The position numbers were made by a program, and so were the translations under genes. Below the pieces are notes generated by a model. That model searched no databases, was not told the origin of the DNA, and worked only from the letters and a program-made list of their open reading frames with translations. From an uncultured Algoriphagus sp. (lineage in GTDB: Bacteria > Bacteroidota > Bacteroidia > Cytophagales > Cyclobacteriaceae), in the NCBI RefSeq assembly GCF_963974365.1, contig NZ_CAXBBX010000009.1, forward strand, positions 199,274 to 263,273: DNA of 64,000 bases, in the 5' to 3' direction. Of the stretch, positions 29,939 through 39,627 are shown in pieces. Each line of letters opens with the position of its first letter. Within the stretch, counting starts at the first letter, position 1.

Positions 29939-30352
29939 ATGAAGCATCAGATGAAAATATCTTGTCAAACTGCAGCTCTCTCTGCACTGCGTGTCTTCTT
30001 AAAAAAGACATTAGGAGAATTGCACCTGTCTGACATCGACCAACTCCAGATCACGCTGGCAGTCGAAGAGGTATGTGCTAATCTGATCATCCATTCCCAC
30101 AACTGTAACGCTTCTGATTACATCCAACTCAAAGTCAAACAAGTACCTGGAAAATTGATTTTTGAAATCACCGACGAAGGAAAAGCATTCAATATGCTCG
30201 ATTATGAGGTGCCAGACTTAGATAAAGTGAAAGGAGAAAAGCGAAAAGGAGGTTTAGGCATAATTTTGGTCAAGAAGATAATGGATGAAATCGAATTTGA
30301 ATCCACCAAAGGCACCAATACCTGTCGGCTGATCAAGTGGTTTCAGTCCTAA
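29939..30352 (+). CDS. RsbW/SpoIIAB-like serine kinase / anti-sigma regulatory factor (HATPase_c)
   Basis: N-box EEVCANLIIHS and G-box GGLGIILVKKIMDE; starts 1 nt after the STAS stop codon. Confidence 0.8.
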   Translation: MKHQMKISCQTAALSALRVFLKKTLGELHLSDIDQLQITLAVEEVCANLIIHSHNCNASDYIQLKVKQVPGKLIFEITDEGKAFNMLDYEVPDLDKVKGEKRKGGLGIILVKKIMDEIEFESTKGTNTCRLIKWFQS

Positions 30353-30399
30353 TTCTTGTTAAATGCTTAGTATTCGGGACATTTGACTTTAAATCCTAA

Positions 30400-30407
30400 T
30401 AAATTTG
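30400..30407 (+). promoter_or_regulatory. candidate Bacteroidota -7 promoter box TAAATTTG
   Basis: Exact TAnnTTTG match 32 nt upstream of the ATG at 30440. TTTG at 30382-30385 is only 14 nt upstream, which is suboptimal. Confidence 0.3.
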
Positions 30408-30439
30408 TAAAATTGCATTCCAATTCTGCCATTTCATAC

Positions 30440-32440
30440 ATGACAAACCGAACCATTTCGGCACTTATACTTACCCTCCTCCTAGCATTTGAGTCTTCAG
30501 TTTCAGTGATGGCTTTTGATCAGTCGCTGGGGCAGGATGACCCCTTGTTGAGCATAGGAGGCAAACCTGTGGATAAGGATGAGTTGATCTACCTTCTTTC
30601 TAAAGGCAATAAATCTGAGCCTGGCACGCCAGGTATGTCCAGAGATGAATTTGATGAGAATCTTGACCTTTTCATCAATTATAAATTAAAAGTAAGGGAG
30701 GCTGAAGCCCAAGGTCTTGACCAAAGTGAAGAGTTTCTTCAGGAATTTGAATCCTTTCGTGAAAATCTTAAGGCCCCATTTCTAATCAGAAATTCACTGG
30801 AAGAAGGTGAGTTGAGGAAGGCTTATTCCAGGATGCAGGAAATCGTTCGTGCCAGCCATATTCTTCTTCAATTTCCTCCAAATGCAACTCAGGAAGATAG
30901 TCTGATCGTCCTAAGAATGGCGTTGAAAATCGAAGATGAGATAAAAGCCGGTGGCAGCATCAATGAGCTTGCTGTAAAATATTCAGACGATCCCTCAGCA
31001 CAAGTAAATAAAGGAGATTTGGGCTATTTCACAGCCCTTCAGATGGTCCAGCCGTTTGAAGATGCTGCATTTTCACTTCAGCCGGGGCAGGTTTCGGATC
31101 CGGTGTTGACGAATTTTGGCTATCACATCATCAATGTAAAGGATCGTCAGCCTAACCCAGGCCAGGTACGTGTTTCTCATATTTTAGTACGCATAGATGA
31201 GAATTCACCGAATGGAGAAGATCTTGCTAAGCGCAAAGTGGCAGACATTTACACAGAAATTCAAAAAGAAAACACCGTTTGGGAAGAGATTGTAAAGACC
31301 TATTCCGAAGATCCTTCAAGCAGCCAAAAAAGTGGAATGCTCCCTTGGTTTAGTGTAGGAGCTATGATCCCGGAATTTGAAATGGCCGCATTTTCATTGA
31401 CTGAACTAGGGGAAGTCTCTCCTCCGATTCGCACGAGATATGGCTATCATATTCTGAGATTAGAAGACAAAAAGCCAATAGACAGCTTTGAATCAATGGA
31501 AGAAAGTATCCGCTCTAGAATATTGAGGGATTCCCGATCCACCATGATTCAATCCCAAGTAATGGCGATTCAGAAGTCTCGCTACAATTTCAAAGAGAAT
31601 GAAGCAACTATCAATAAGTTGAGAGCAGAATTAAATACTACTTCCAAATCTGAATTTGCTCAGGAGATGAAAGAAAAGGATTTGGGCACTGACCAGCTTT
31701 TCTCTCTGAATGGCAAGAGCTACATAGCTCAAGACCTCGTCGATTACATGACGGAACAAGAAATTGCGCTTAGAAGCACAGATGGAATGTTCGACGCTTG
31801 GTATGATCGCTTCGCCGCATCAGTATTGAACGATGCCGAAGAAGCAGATCTAGAGGCAACTAATAAAGAGTATCAAATGCTTTTGAAAGAATATAGAGAT
31901 GGGATCTTGTTGTTCTCACTTATGAATGAGGAAGTATGGCAGAAAGGTCTTATGGACTCTGTTGCTCAAAGAGCATTTTTCAACAAAAACATACAGGAAT
32001 ACCAGTGGAAAGGCAGAGTCAATGCATACATCGTCAAAGTCCTTGACATGACACAATTGGATGCTGCGAAAAAAATGCTGGAGGGTAAAGCACTTTCTGA
32101 GGAACTTATAGCAACTTTCGAAAATAGCTACCAGCCTAGCAATTCCTTAGCTTTTCAAACTGAAACCGGCAATTTAGAATACAGCGAGCACCCTGTATTA
32201 TCCGAAGCTGATTTGGACAAAAACTATCAGGAAATCGAAGCAAATGGACATTTGCATATCGTGATCCTCGGAGAAAAGACTAGTCCAGGCCCCAGAAAAT
32301 TTGAAGAAACACGGGGATTGGTGATAAGAGACTATCAAGAGTATTTAGATAAAAACTTGGTAGAAACTTTAAGGAAAAAGTATCCAATTAAAATTAACCC
32401 AAAAGCTAAAGAGGAAACCTTCATCGCTTTGAATCAATAA
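30440..32440 (+). CDS. PpiC-type peptidyl-prolyl isomerase (SurA/PpiD-like, two parvulin domains)
   Basis: ATG at 30440 gives the signal peptide MTNRTISALILTLLLAF; parvulin motifs FGYHIINV and YGYHILRLE. The track start 30383 is TTG, upstream of the promoter motif. Confidence 0.8.
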   Translation: MTNRTISALILTLLLAFESSVSVMAFDQSLGQDDPLLSIGGKPVDKDELIYLLSKGNKSEPGTPGMSRDEFDENLDLFINYKLKVREAEAQGLDQSEEFLQEFESFRENLKAPFLIRNSLEEGELRKAYSRMQEIVRASHILLQFPPNATQEDSLIVLRMALKIEDEIKAGGSINELAVKYSDDPSAQVNKGDLGYFTALQMVQPFEDAAFSLQPGQVSDPVLTNFGYHIINVKDRQPNPGQVRVSHILVRIDENSPNGEDLAKRKVADIYTEIQKENTVWEEIVKTYSEDPSSSQKSGMLPWFSVGAMIPEFEMAAFSLTELGEVSPPIRTRYGYHILRLEDKKPIDSFESMEESIRSRILRDSRSTMIQSQVMAIQKSRYNFKENEATINKLRAELNTTSKSEFAQEMKEKDLGTDQLFSLNGKSYIAQDLVDYMTEQEIALRSTDGMFDAWYDRFAASVLNDAEEADLEATNKEYQMLLKEYRDGILLFSLMNEEVWQKGLMDSVAQRAFFNKNIQEYQWKGRVNAYIVKVLDMTQLDAAKKMLEGKALSEELIATFENSYQPSNSLAFQTETGNLEYSEHPVLSEADLDKNYQEIEANGHLHIVILGEKTSPGPRKFEETRGLVIRDYQEYLDKNLVETLRKKYPIKINPKAKEETFIALNQ

Positions 32441-32492
32441 TAATTCAAAAAAGAAAACCATCTCATAAGTCTCAAGAGAAGGAAAAACACAT

Positions 32493-33860
32493 ATGAAATT
32501 ACTAAACCGACTAACATTTACTTTACTTGCCAGTTTGCTGATCACCGCATCATATGCACAAGAAGCCCCTCCTACAGGGCAGGTTCTTGACAAGATTGTG
32601 GCAAAAGTAGATAACTATATATTACTTGAATCAGATGTACAGAAAGCGTACATGGAAGCGCTAGCGCAGAATCAGCAAGGACAGATGGCTCCTACCCGCT
32701 GCGATGTTTTTGAATCTTTGATGATCAATAAATTGATGGCAGCAAAAGCTGAAGTCGATTCAGTAATTGTCACTGATGCGGAGGTAATGCTTCAAACAGA
32801 GCAACGATTCAGCATGGTGATGAATCAATTTGGCGGCGATGAAAGTACACTTGTAGAAGCATACGGTAAAACTTCAGACCAGCTGAAAGCGGAGATTGAG
32901 GACGTGATCAGAGAGCAGCTTATTGTACAGCGAATGAGAACCCAGATCACTGAAGGATTGACAGTTTCCCCTAATGACGTGAGAGAATTTTACAACTCCA
33001 TTCCTAAAGATTCTTTACCGTTATTCACTTCGGAAGCTACTGTAGGTCAAATCGTGGTGAAACCTAAGGTTAATCCTAAAACAAAAGATGATATTTTCAA
33101 TCAATTGAACCAATTCAAGAAAGACATTGGAGAGGGAAAGGCTGATTTTGCGGATTTAGCTAGACAGTATTCTGAAGATCCAGGATCAGGAGCTCAAGGT
33201 GGTGATTTAGGTTTTTTCAGAAGAGGTGAATTAGCTCCGGAGTTTGAAGCTACAGCTTTGGCTTTGAAGCCAGGTGAATTAAGTGACCCTGTAGAAACTG
33301 ATTTTGGCGTTCACTTAATCCAATTACTTGAGAGAAGGAATGATGGCTCATTCAATACAAGGCATATTCTAAGAATACCTAAAGCTACCACTGCAGACAT
33401 AGAAAAAGCTGAAAGATTTTTGGATAGTTTAAGGACTGAAATTGAAGCGGGAAAATTGGATTTTGCCAAAGCCGCGAAAGATTTCTCAGATGACAGAACA
33501 ACTTCTGATGCCGGTGGGTTTTTCACAGATCCTTCCAACAATTCAAATAGGCTATCCTTGAGAACTCTGGATGACCCAAGTCTATATTTCTTGTTAGATT
33601 CTATGGAAGTAGGTGACATTACTAAGCCTATGCAGTTTCAAGATCCTAGGGAAGGAACGAAAGTTCGAATCCTCTACTATAAAGCCAAATACCCGGCTCA
33701 CCGGGCGAACATGGAGGATGACTATGAAAAGCTTAAAGCTGCTGCTCTTCGCAAGAAGGAAGACGATATCTTAAGCACCTGGTTTGTGACAGCAAAAGAG
33801 GACATCTTTATTGATCTCGATCCTTCCTATGATCGATGTAACGCACTCGCAGAGAAATAA
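32493..33860 (+). CDS. surA: periplasmic chaperone/peptidyl-prolyl isomerase SurA-like
   Basis: Signal peptide; SurA N-domain-like segment; parvulin motif GGDLGFF...FGVHLIQLL. Confidence 0.8.
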   Translation: MKLLNRLTFTLLASLLITASYAQEAPPTGQVLDKIVAKVDNYILLESDVQKAYMEALAQNQQGQMAPTRCDVFESLMINKLMAAKAEVDSVIVTDAEVMLQTEQRFSMVMNQFGGDESTLVEAYGKTSDQLKAEIEDVIREQLIVQRMRTQITEGLTVSPNDVREFYNSIPKDSLPLFTSEATVGQIVVKPKVNPKTKDDIFNQLNQFKKDIGEGKADFADLARQYSEDPGSGAQGGDLGFFRRGELAPEFEATALALKPGELSDPVETDFGVHLIQLLERRNDGSFNTRHILRIPKATTADIEKAERFLDSLRTEIEAGKLDFAKAAKDFSDDRTTSDAGGFFTDPSNNSNRLSLRTLDDPSLYFLLDSMEVGDITKPMQFQDPREGTKVRILYYKAKYPAHRANMEDDYEKLKAAALRKKEDDILSTWFVTAKEDIFIDLDPSYDRCNALAEK

Positions 33861-33861
33861 C

Positions 33862-33892
33862 AAAAAATGCCCGAAGATTTCGGGCATTTTTT
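33862..33892. terminator. bidirectional terminator
   Basis: 14-bp stem AAAAAATGCCCGAA/TTCGGGCATTTTTT between convergent genes. Confidence 0.9.
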
Positions 33893-33914
33893 GTTTGTGA
33901 TGGAAACTCCAATT

Positions 33915-34235
33915 CTATTTTTGTTTACCAAAAAGTGCATGTAAAGCTAATCCTATCTGCTTTATTCCTTCTTTAAAAAAGCCCTTGGATTCTTCTAGTT
34001 TAGGCTTAAAATCATCAGTTCGCTCTTTGAACTCCCGCTCTAGAATCTCCTTGCCCTTTTTAAACTCTGCTTCTAACGAGGTCTTGTTTTCTTTTAGATC
34101 CTTGATCTTCTTGTCTATTTCCTCTTTGGCCTCGCTTCCTGCCTCGGCGCCTTTTTTGACTAGCTCTTCGATTTTATCGCCAATTTCCTTAAGTACTTTT
34201 TCTATATCCTGAGTGGTGGATTTCTTTGTTGCCAT
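33915..34235 (-). CDS. hypothetical Lys/Glu-rich helical protein (106 aa)
   Basis: ATG ORF, highly charged coiled-coil-like sequence with a short hydrophobic C-terminus (IGLALHALFG); no motif recognised. Confidence 0.5.
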   Translation of the reverse strand: MATKKSTTQDIEKVLKEIGDKIEELVKKGAEAGSEAKEEIDKKIKDLKENKTSLEAEFKKGKEILEREFKERTDDFKPKLEESKGFFKEGIKQIGLALHALFGKQK

Positions 34236-34325
34236 GACTAAAAATTATTAGATGAACTGATACTAATCAAGTTAATTACTTTTTTCTGAAAGCATCTTAA
34301 TTACCATAAAAATCAAGCAAAAACC

Positions 34326-36116
34326 CTAATTATCAATGGATTCACCTTGGGTTTGCTTTTCATAAAGCTCAGCATAGACTCCTTTTTGCTTCATCAAAGA
34401 CTCATGGTTTCCTTGCTCTATAACTTTTCCATCATCCAGCACAATAATCTGGTCAGCAAGTTTGGCAGAGGAAACACGGTGAGAGATGATGATCGAAGTA
34501 CGGTTTTTCATGATATTCTTCAAGGCCGTCAAAATCACGTTTTCAGTCTTGGTATCAACAGCGGAGAGGCAATCGTCTAAAATTAGAATCTTTGGTTCCT
34601 TTGCAATAGCTCTAGCAATAGATACCCGCTGCTTTTGCCCTCCGGAAAGTGTAATTCCTCGCTCTCCTAGCATCGTTTCAAATCCTTTGGGGAAATCAAC
34701 AATGTTCTGATACACATCAGCATCCTTCGCAGCTTGCTCTATTAGCTGTGAATTTGCATTTTCTACTCCAAATGCAATATTATTCCCTATGGTATCTGAA
34801 AACAAAAAGACATCCTGCGGAACGTAGCCAATTTGCCTTCTCAAATCTGCGATCGAGAATGCATCAATTTGCTTACCGTCAATCTTGATTACGCCCTTAC
34901 TAGGATCATACATCCGCATCAGTAGATTGGCGATGGTAGACTTTCCAGACCCAGTGGTGCCGATTATTCCAAGCGTTTGGCCTTCCTGGATTTTGAAGCT
35001 AACATCCCTCAAAGCCTTGATTCCTGAATCTGGATAGACGAATGATACATTTTCTACTTCAACAGTTCCCTTTATATCTGCCTTGATAGCATCAGTACTT
35101 ATGATGTCATTCTTCTCATCCAAAAACTCATTAATCCGAGTCTGTGAAGCTGCTGCTCGCTGCACAATACTTGTGACCCAGCCCAAAGATGTGACTGGCC
35201 ATGTCAGGATGTTCACATAAAGAATAAATTCTGCGATGACACCATAACCAATCTCTCCACTCATCACCTGCAAACCACCTACATAAACAGTAATAATGGT
35301 GGAAACCCCAACCAATCCCATGATGATCGGGAAAAACAAAGCATTTACTTTAGTCAGTCGAATGGATTTCACCTTGTAGTCTTCACTTGCTGTCGCAAAG
35401 TCATTGACACTATCACTTTCCCTGACGAAAGCTTTGAGCACTCTAATTCCCGAAAAAGCCTCTTGGACAAATGTGCTCAATCCACTGAGACTACGCTGGA
35501 TCTTTTCCGAGCGCTCATTGATCATATTATTCACATAATAGATACTTAATGAAAGTACAGGAAGTGGCAAAAGTGCATACAGCGTCAGCATAGGATTGAC
35601 TGTGATCATATACGAAATCACAAGAGGAAAAAGAATCAACAAATTCAATCCGTACATGATTGCAGGACCTAAGTACATGCGGACGCGGCTTACATCTTCG
35701 GTAATTCTGGCCATCAGATCACCTGTACTATTCTTTCTGTAAAAACTCAGCGGAAGTTTTTGGTAGTGCTCATAGATCTCATTTTTAATATCATACTCCA
35801 CTTTTCGTGACATGATGATGAGCGTCTGACGGATAAAGAATAAGAATACCCCTCTCAACAATGCCATCACTAGGATCAAAACACCAAAGACAACTACAAA
35901 TTTTAAGAAAATATCTTGGGCCTGCTCACCCATTCCGCCCTGCTCCAAAGGCTTATAAATAGAAAAACTTTCAACCACATAATCTATTGCAAGTCTGACC
36001 AGTTGCGCAGGGATAATTACGAAAATATTTGAAATCACCGTAAAAACTATCCCCAAAAGGATCAAGCCCTTGTATTTGTATAAATACTTATTGAGTCGCC
36101 AAAGTGGTTTCACCAA
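34326..36116 (-). CDS. ABC transporter permease/ATP-binding fusion (MsbA/MdlB-like exporter)
   Basis: Six TM helices plus an NBD: Walker A GTTGSGKST, signature LSGGQKQR, Walker B ILILDD. Start is TTG at 36116 or GTG at 36113. Confidence 0.9.
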   Translation of the reverse strand: MVKPLWRLNKYLYKYKGLILLGIVFTVISNIFVIIPAQLVRLAIDYVVESFSIYKPLEQGGMGEQAQDIFLKFVVVFGVLILVMALLRGVFLFFIRQTLIIMSRKVEYDIKNEIYEHYQKLPLSFYRKNSTGDLMARITEDVSRVRMYLGPAIMYGLNLLILFPLVISYMITVNPMLTLYALLPLPVLSLSIYYVNNMINERSEKIQRSLSGLSTFVQEAFSGIRVLKAFVRESDSVNDFATASEDYKVKSIRLTKVNALFFPIIMGLVGVSTIITVYVGGLQVMSGEIGYGVIAEFILYVNILTWPVTSLGWVTSIVQRAAASQTRINEFLDEKNDIISTDAIKADIKGTVEVENVSFVYPDSGIKALRDVSFKIQEGQTLGIIGTTGSGKSTIANLLMRMYDPSKGVIKIDGKQIDAFSIADLRRQIGYVPQDVFLFSDTIGNNIAFGVENANSQLIEQAAKDADVYQNIVDFPKGFETMLGERGITLSGGQKQRVSIARAIAKEPKILILDDCLSAVDTKTENVILTALKNIMKNRTSIIISHRVSSAKLADQIIVLDDGKVIEQGNHESLMKQKGVYAELYEKQTQGESIDN

Positions 36117-36169
36117 ATAAAAATTTTAATATGAAGGAAATGGATTAGGAAAACTGGGTATATTAAACC

Positions 36170-36199
36170 TTTGAAGGCCAATAAAAGTATTTAATTTTG
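36170..36199 (+). promoter_or_regulatory. candidate promoter TTTG-N18-TAATTTTG
   Basis: TTTG at 36170-36173 and an exact TAnnTTTG at 36192-36199, 60 nt upstream of the ATG at 36259. Confidence 0.4.
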
Positions 36200-36258
36200 T
36201 ATCGGCTATTTTCGCAAGGAGTACCCAAATATAACACATTCTAAAAAGCTAAGTTCAC

Positions 36259-37359
36259 ATGTTAGAGATTAAAGCTACCGAAACAGTAAGTGAAGGTTCA
36301 ATCTTTGGCCAAATCACCACGATGGATCACGAGCAATTGGTGATCTGCCATGATGAAGCTACCGGCCTTAAGGCATTGATCGGAATTCACAACACCACTC
36401 TGGGCCCAGCATTGGGCGGAACCCGTATGTGGCCTTATGCTTCTGAACAGGAAGCGATTACAGATGTCCTTCGTCTATCCAGAGGAATGACTTTCAAAAA
36501 TGCCTTGGCTGGACTTAATCTCGGCGGAGGAAAAGCGGTGATTTTGGGAGACCCAAAATTGAAAAATGAAGCTTTCCTTAGACGTTTCGGCAGATTTGTC
36601 CAGAGTTTAGGTGGCAGGTACGTGACCGCAGAGGACGTAAACATGAACACAGCAGACATGGAGTTCATCGGACTAGAAACCCGCCATGTCACTGGACTTC
36701 CTGAGATCAAAGGTGGCGGTGGAGATCCCTCTCCAGTAACTGCCTATGGCGTTTACATGGGTATGAAAGCAGCTGCGATGAAAGCCTTTGGTTCAGAATC
36801 ATTGCAAGGAAAGCGAATCGGCGTGCAAGGCGTAGGTCAAGTGGGTAAATATCTTATTGACTACCTGGTAAAAGAAGGAGCCAACGTGCTAGTCACCGAT
36901 ATTTTCGAAGACAAGCTACAGGCAGTCGCCAAAAAAACAGGTGCGCAGGTGGTCGATCCAAATGTGATCTATGATTTGGAAATGGACATCTATTCTCCAT
37001 GTGCGCTAGGTGCCACGATCAATGATCAGACGATAGATCGATTGAAATGTGCAGTAATCGCTGGTGGAGCAAACAACCAATTGAAAGACGAAACAAAGCA
37101 TGGCAAAATCCTGGTAGAAAAAGGAATCGTCTATGCACCAGACTTCCTTATCAATGCAGGCGGTGTCATAAACGTAGGCGCAGAGTACTTTGGTGGCTAC
37201 AACAGAGATACTGTATACAAGCAAACTGAAAAAATCTACGATACCTGTTTGGGTATTTTGAATAAGTCAGAAAAGGAAAACATTCCTGCTCAGCAAGCAG
37301 CTATTGAAACAGCAAAAGCTAGAATTGAAGCTATCGGAAGAGTGAAGCTGTCTTTCTAA
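36259..37359 (+). CDS. ldh: Glu/Leu/Phe/Val dehydrogenase family (leucine dehydrogenase-like)
   Basis: GGTRMWPY; catalytic-Lys box LGGGKAVI; Rossmann motif GVQGVGQVG; 366 aa. Confidence 0.85.
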   Translation: MLEIKATETVSEGSIFGQITTMDHEQLVICHDEATGLKALIGIHNTTLGPALGGTRMWPYASEQEAITDVLRLSRGMTFKNALAGLNLGGGKAVILGDPKLKNEAFLRRFGRFVQSLGGRYVTAEDVNMNTADMEFIGLETRHVTGLPEIKGGGGDPSPVTAYGVYMGMKAAAMKAFGSESLQGKRIGVQGVGQVGKYLIDYLVKEGANVLVTDIFEDKLQAVAKKTGAQVVDPNVIYDLEMDIYSPCALGATINDQTIDRLKCAVIAGGANNQLKDETKHGKILVEKGIVYAPDFLINAGGVINVGAEYFGGYNRDTVYKQTEKIYDTCLGILNKSEKENIPAQQAAIETAKARIEAIGRVKLSF

Positions 37360-37378
37360 CTAAAATTACATCCATAGT

Positions 37379-37412
37379 AAAACCACCGGGAATGGCTTCC
37401 GGTGGTTTTTTT
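37379..37412 (+). terminator. rho-independent terminator after ldh
   Basis: Stem AAAACCACCGG/CCGGTGGTTTT followed by a T-run. Confidence 0.85.
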
Positions 37413-37449
37413 GTCTCATCTATCTAGGTGATAGCCACATCAAATTGCC

Positions 37450-37457
37450 TATATTTG
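37450..37457 (+). promoter_or_regulatory. candidate -7 promoter box TATATTTG
   Basis: Exact TAnnTTTG 18 nt upstream of the nusB ATG at 37475; it lies inside the track's TTG-extended ORF. Confidence 0.35.
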
Positions 37458-37474
37458 CAACTCATTTCGAAGAC

Positions 37475-38659
37475 ATGCTAAACAGAAGAATACTACGAGT
37501 AAAGGCTTTCCAGAACCTCTATGCATACGAACAGTGCAAGGGTTCTAACCTAAATATTTCAAAAGATTTTATCCGAGCGTCATTTTTGCCAGACTTGAAT
37601 AGCATGGAAGTGCAGGATAAAACTGCATTAAGCAAAGAAGCCGAGGAAGCAATTAAGTTATTTGAACAAAACCTTACTACAAAAGACTTACTCAAATCAA
37701 GCGAAGCAAGCCGCAAAGTAAAGCAAGTGGTTTTGGAAGCATTGAAGAAGTACAATGAGGCAAACGAAAAAGATCATCAGTTTTTGCTGAAGAACATGGT
37801 CGTATCAGCGGAACGCATCCCTCAGTTATACTTATTGGCGATTGAGCTACTTCAGGCTTTTGCGAAGCATGTGGAAAAAGAAATTGAGAAGAAAAAGAAA
37901 TTCGCTGGCAATAATCCTGCTGGATTCGGGAATGAATTGAATTTCCCAAACAATAAAGTGCTTGCATCACTGCGGGAATCAGATTCGTACCGTGCAGCAA
38001 TTGCCAGAAACAACGTCAACCTCGACGATGTAGAGTTGGAAATCAGAGAATGGTTTAGGGATTACGTGAAACCATCAGAACACTATCAGGCATATCTTCA
38101 ATTGGAAGCACCAACAGTAACCGAAGATTTCGAGTTAGTGGATGATCTTTTGAAAAAAATACTTTTCAAAAATGAAGTGATGCTAAACTTCTTCTCTGAA
38201 AAAGACTTGAACTGGACTGAAGATAAATCAGTGGTAAGAAGCTTAGCTTCAAAGGTCCTGAAAAATGCGGCTAACCTAAATGAGGAAAATGAAAGCCAAA
38301 TGCCTGAGATAGCCATGAACTGGGACGAGGATAAGGAGTTTTTTCAAAATATCTTTAACTTCACCATTGAGAATGATGCCAAGAGTAAGGCACTAATTAC
38401 TCAAAAAACAAAAAACTGGGATATTGACAGACTAGCCTTTACGGATAAAGTAATTATTTCAATGGCAATCGCGGAAATGAAAAACTTTCCAAGTATTCCT
38501 GTCAAAGTAAGTATAAACGAGTATATCGACATCTCTAAAACTTACAGCACACCAAAAAGCAAGCAGTTTGTGAATGGTTTGCTAGATGTGATGGCGAAAG
38601 AGTTAACCGAAAGCGGAGAAATCCGTAAGAGCGGTAGAGGACTTCTGGACAATAAATAA
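37475..38659 (+). CDS. nusB: transcription antitermination factor NusB (long Bacteroidota form)
   Basis: Starts MLNRRILRVKAFQNLYAY; C-terminal NusB core NWDIDRLAFTDKVIISMAIAEM...INEYIDISKTYSTPKSKQFVNGLLD. Confidence 0.85.
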   Translation: MLNRRILRVKAFQNLYAYEQCKGSNLNISKDFIRASFLPDLNSMEVQDKTALSKEAEEAIKLFEQNLTTKDLLKSSEASRKVKQVVLEALKKYNEANEKDHQFLLKNMVVSAERIPQLYLLAIELLQAFAKHVEKEIEKKKKFAGNNPAGFGNELNFPNNKVLASLRESDSYRAAIARNNVNLDDVELEIREWFRDYVKPSEHYQAYLQLEAPTVTEDFELVDDLLKKILFKNEVMLNFFSEKDLNWTEDKSVVRSLASKVLKNAANLNEENESQMPEIAMNWDEDKEFFQNIFNFTIENDAKSKALITQKTKNWDIDRLAFTDKVIISMAIAEMKNFPSIPVKVSINEYIDISKTYSTPKSKQFVNGLLDVMAKELTESGEIRKSGRGLLDNK

Positions 38660-38666
38660 TACAACT

Positions 38667-38969
38667 ATGAGCAAAAGCAGCAATTCACTCATCGCATTCA
38701 TACTTGGCGCAAGCGCGGGCGCAGCAATTGGGGTACTTTTTGCACCTGACACTGGAACAAACACCCGTGATCGACTGACTTTCAAACTTTCTAAGTATAA
38801 GAAAGAGTTAGAGGAGTTAATCGATGATCTGGTAGATGGAAAAGAAATGCACCTTAACGAAGCTAAAACTGAAGGAAAGCGTGTGATTTCCGAAGCAAAA
38901 AATAAAGCAGAAAATTTACTTAGCGACGTAAATAAATTAATAGACCAAATCAATCAAGGAAATAACTAA
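38667..38969 (+). CDS. YtxH-domain protein
   Basis: GASAGAAIGVLFAPDTGTNTRDRL signature; 100 aa. Confidence 0.8.
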   Translation: MSKSSNSLIAFILGASAGAAIGVLFAPDTGTNTRDRLTFKLSKYKKELEELIDDLVDGKEMHLNEAKTEGKRVISEAKNKAENLLSDVNKLIDQINQGNN

Positions 38970-39027
38970 TAGATCTGAAATCGAGCGAGATATACCCCTA
39001 ATTATATAGGGATGATAATGTATTGAG

Positions 39028-39051
39028 CGAGATTCCTCTCGATAGCTATCG
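39028..39051 (+). promoter_or_regulatory. adjacent palindromes CGAGA-TTCC-TCTCG and CGATAGCTATCG
   Basis: Perfect 12-bp palindrome at 39040-39051, overlapping a 5-bp-arm palindrome at 39028-39041. Located 32-55 nt upstream of the ATG at 39083. Confidence 0.3.
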
Positions 39052-39082
39052 GGATATTCATTTAAAAACAAAACATAAACAG

Positions 39083-39625
39083 ATGAAAATAAACGTATTA
39101 ACTATGGCGGCATTTTCCGTCATGCTTGCACTGGGGACTTCATGTAACCAAAAATCTGAGCAAGATGCCAAGATTAAGGCTCTTGAGGATAAAATAGCTC
39201 AGTTAGAAACTGGCAGCCCTACAGTTACACCTGTAAATGCTCAAGCTACTACAGCAGCTGATCCTGCTACCCTTGGGGCTTTCGAGTTTCCGGAAATGGA
39301 ATATGACTTCGGTACCATCAACGAAGGTCAGGTGGTAGAGCACCTCTTTACTTTTACAAACAATGGCCAGGCTCCTTTGGTGATCTCTAATATCACCGCA
39401 TCCTGTGGATGTACTAGCCCGGACTGGTCCAAAGCTCCAGTGAAGCCAGGTGCAGATGGTTATGTGAAAGTAGTATTCAACTCCACTTCCAAGTCTGGCG
39501 CACAAGCTCCTACAGTAAGTATTCAAGCAAACACAAACCCTGCTGTCACCAGATTGAGATTGAAAGGTACAGTAACTCCAAAAATTGCAGGCGCAGCTAC
39601 TCCAGTAGGCCCAGTTAAACGATAA
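39083..39625 (+). CDS. DUF1573-domain lipoprotein
   Basis: ATG at 39083 gives MKINVLTMAAFSVMLALGTSC (lipobox); core YDFGTINEGQVVEHLFTFTNNGQAPLVISNITASCGCTSPDW. Confidence 0.85.
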   Translation: MKINVLTMAAFSVMLALGTSCNQKSEQDAKIKALEDKIAQLETGSPTVTPVNAQATTAADPATLGAFEFPEMEYDFGTINEGQVVEHLFTFTNNGQAPLVISNITASCGCTSPDWSKAPVKPGADGYVKVVFNSTSKSGAQAPTVSIQANTNPAVTRLRLKGTVTPKIAGAATPVGPVKR

Positions 39626-39627
39626 TT

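Noticed and set aside
38603-38953. 116-aa ORF antisense to the YtxH gene.
   Set aside because: It is a shadow ORF. The sense strand carries the clear YtxH signature GVLFAPDTGTNTRDRL.
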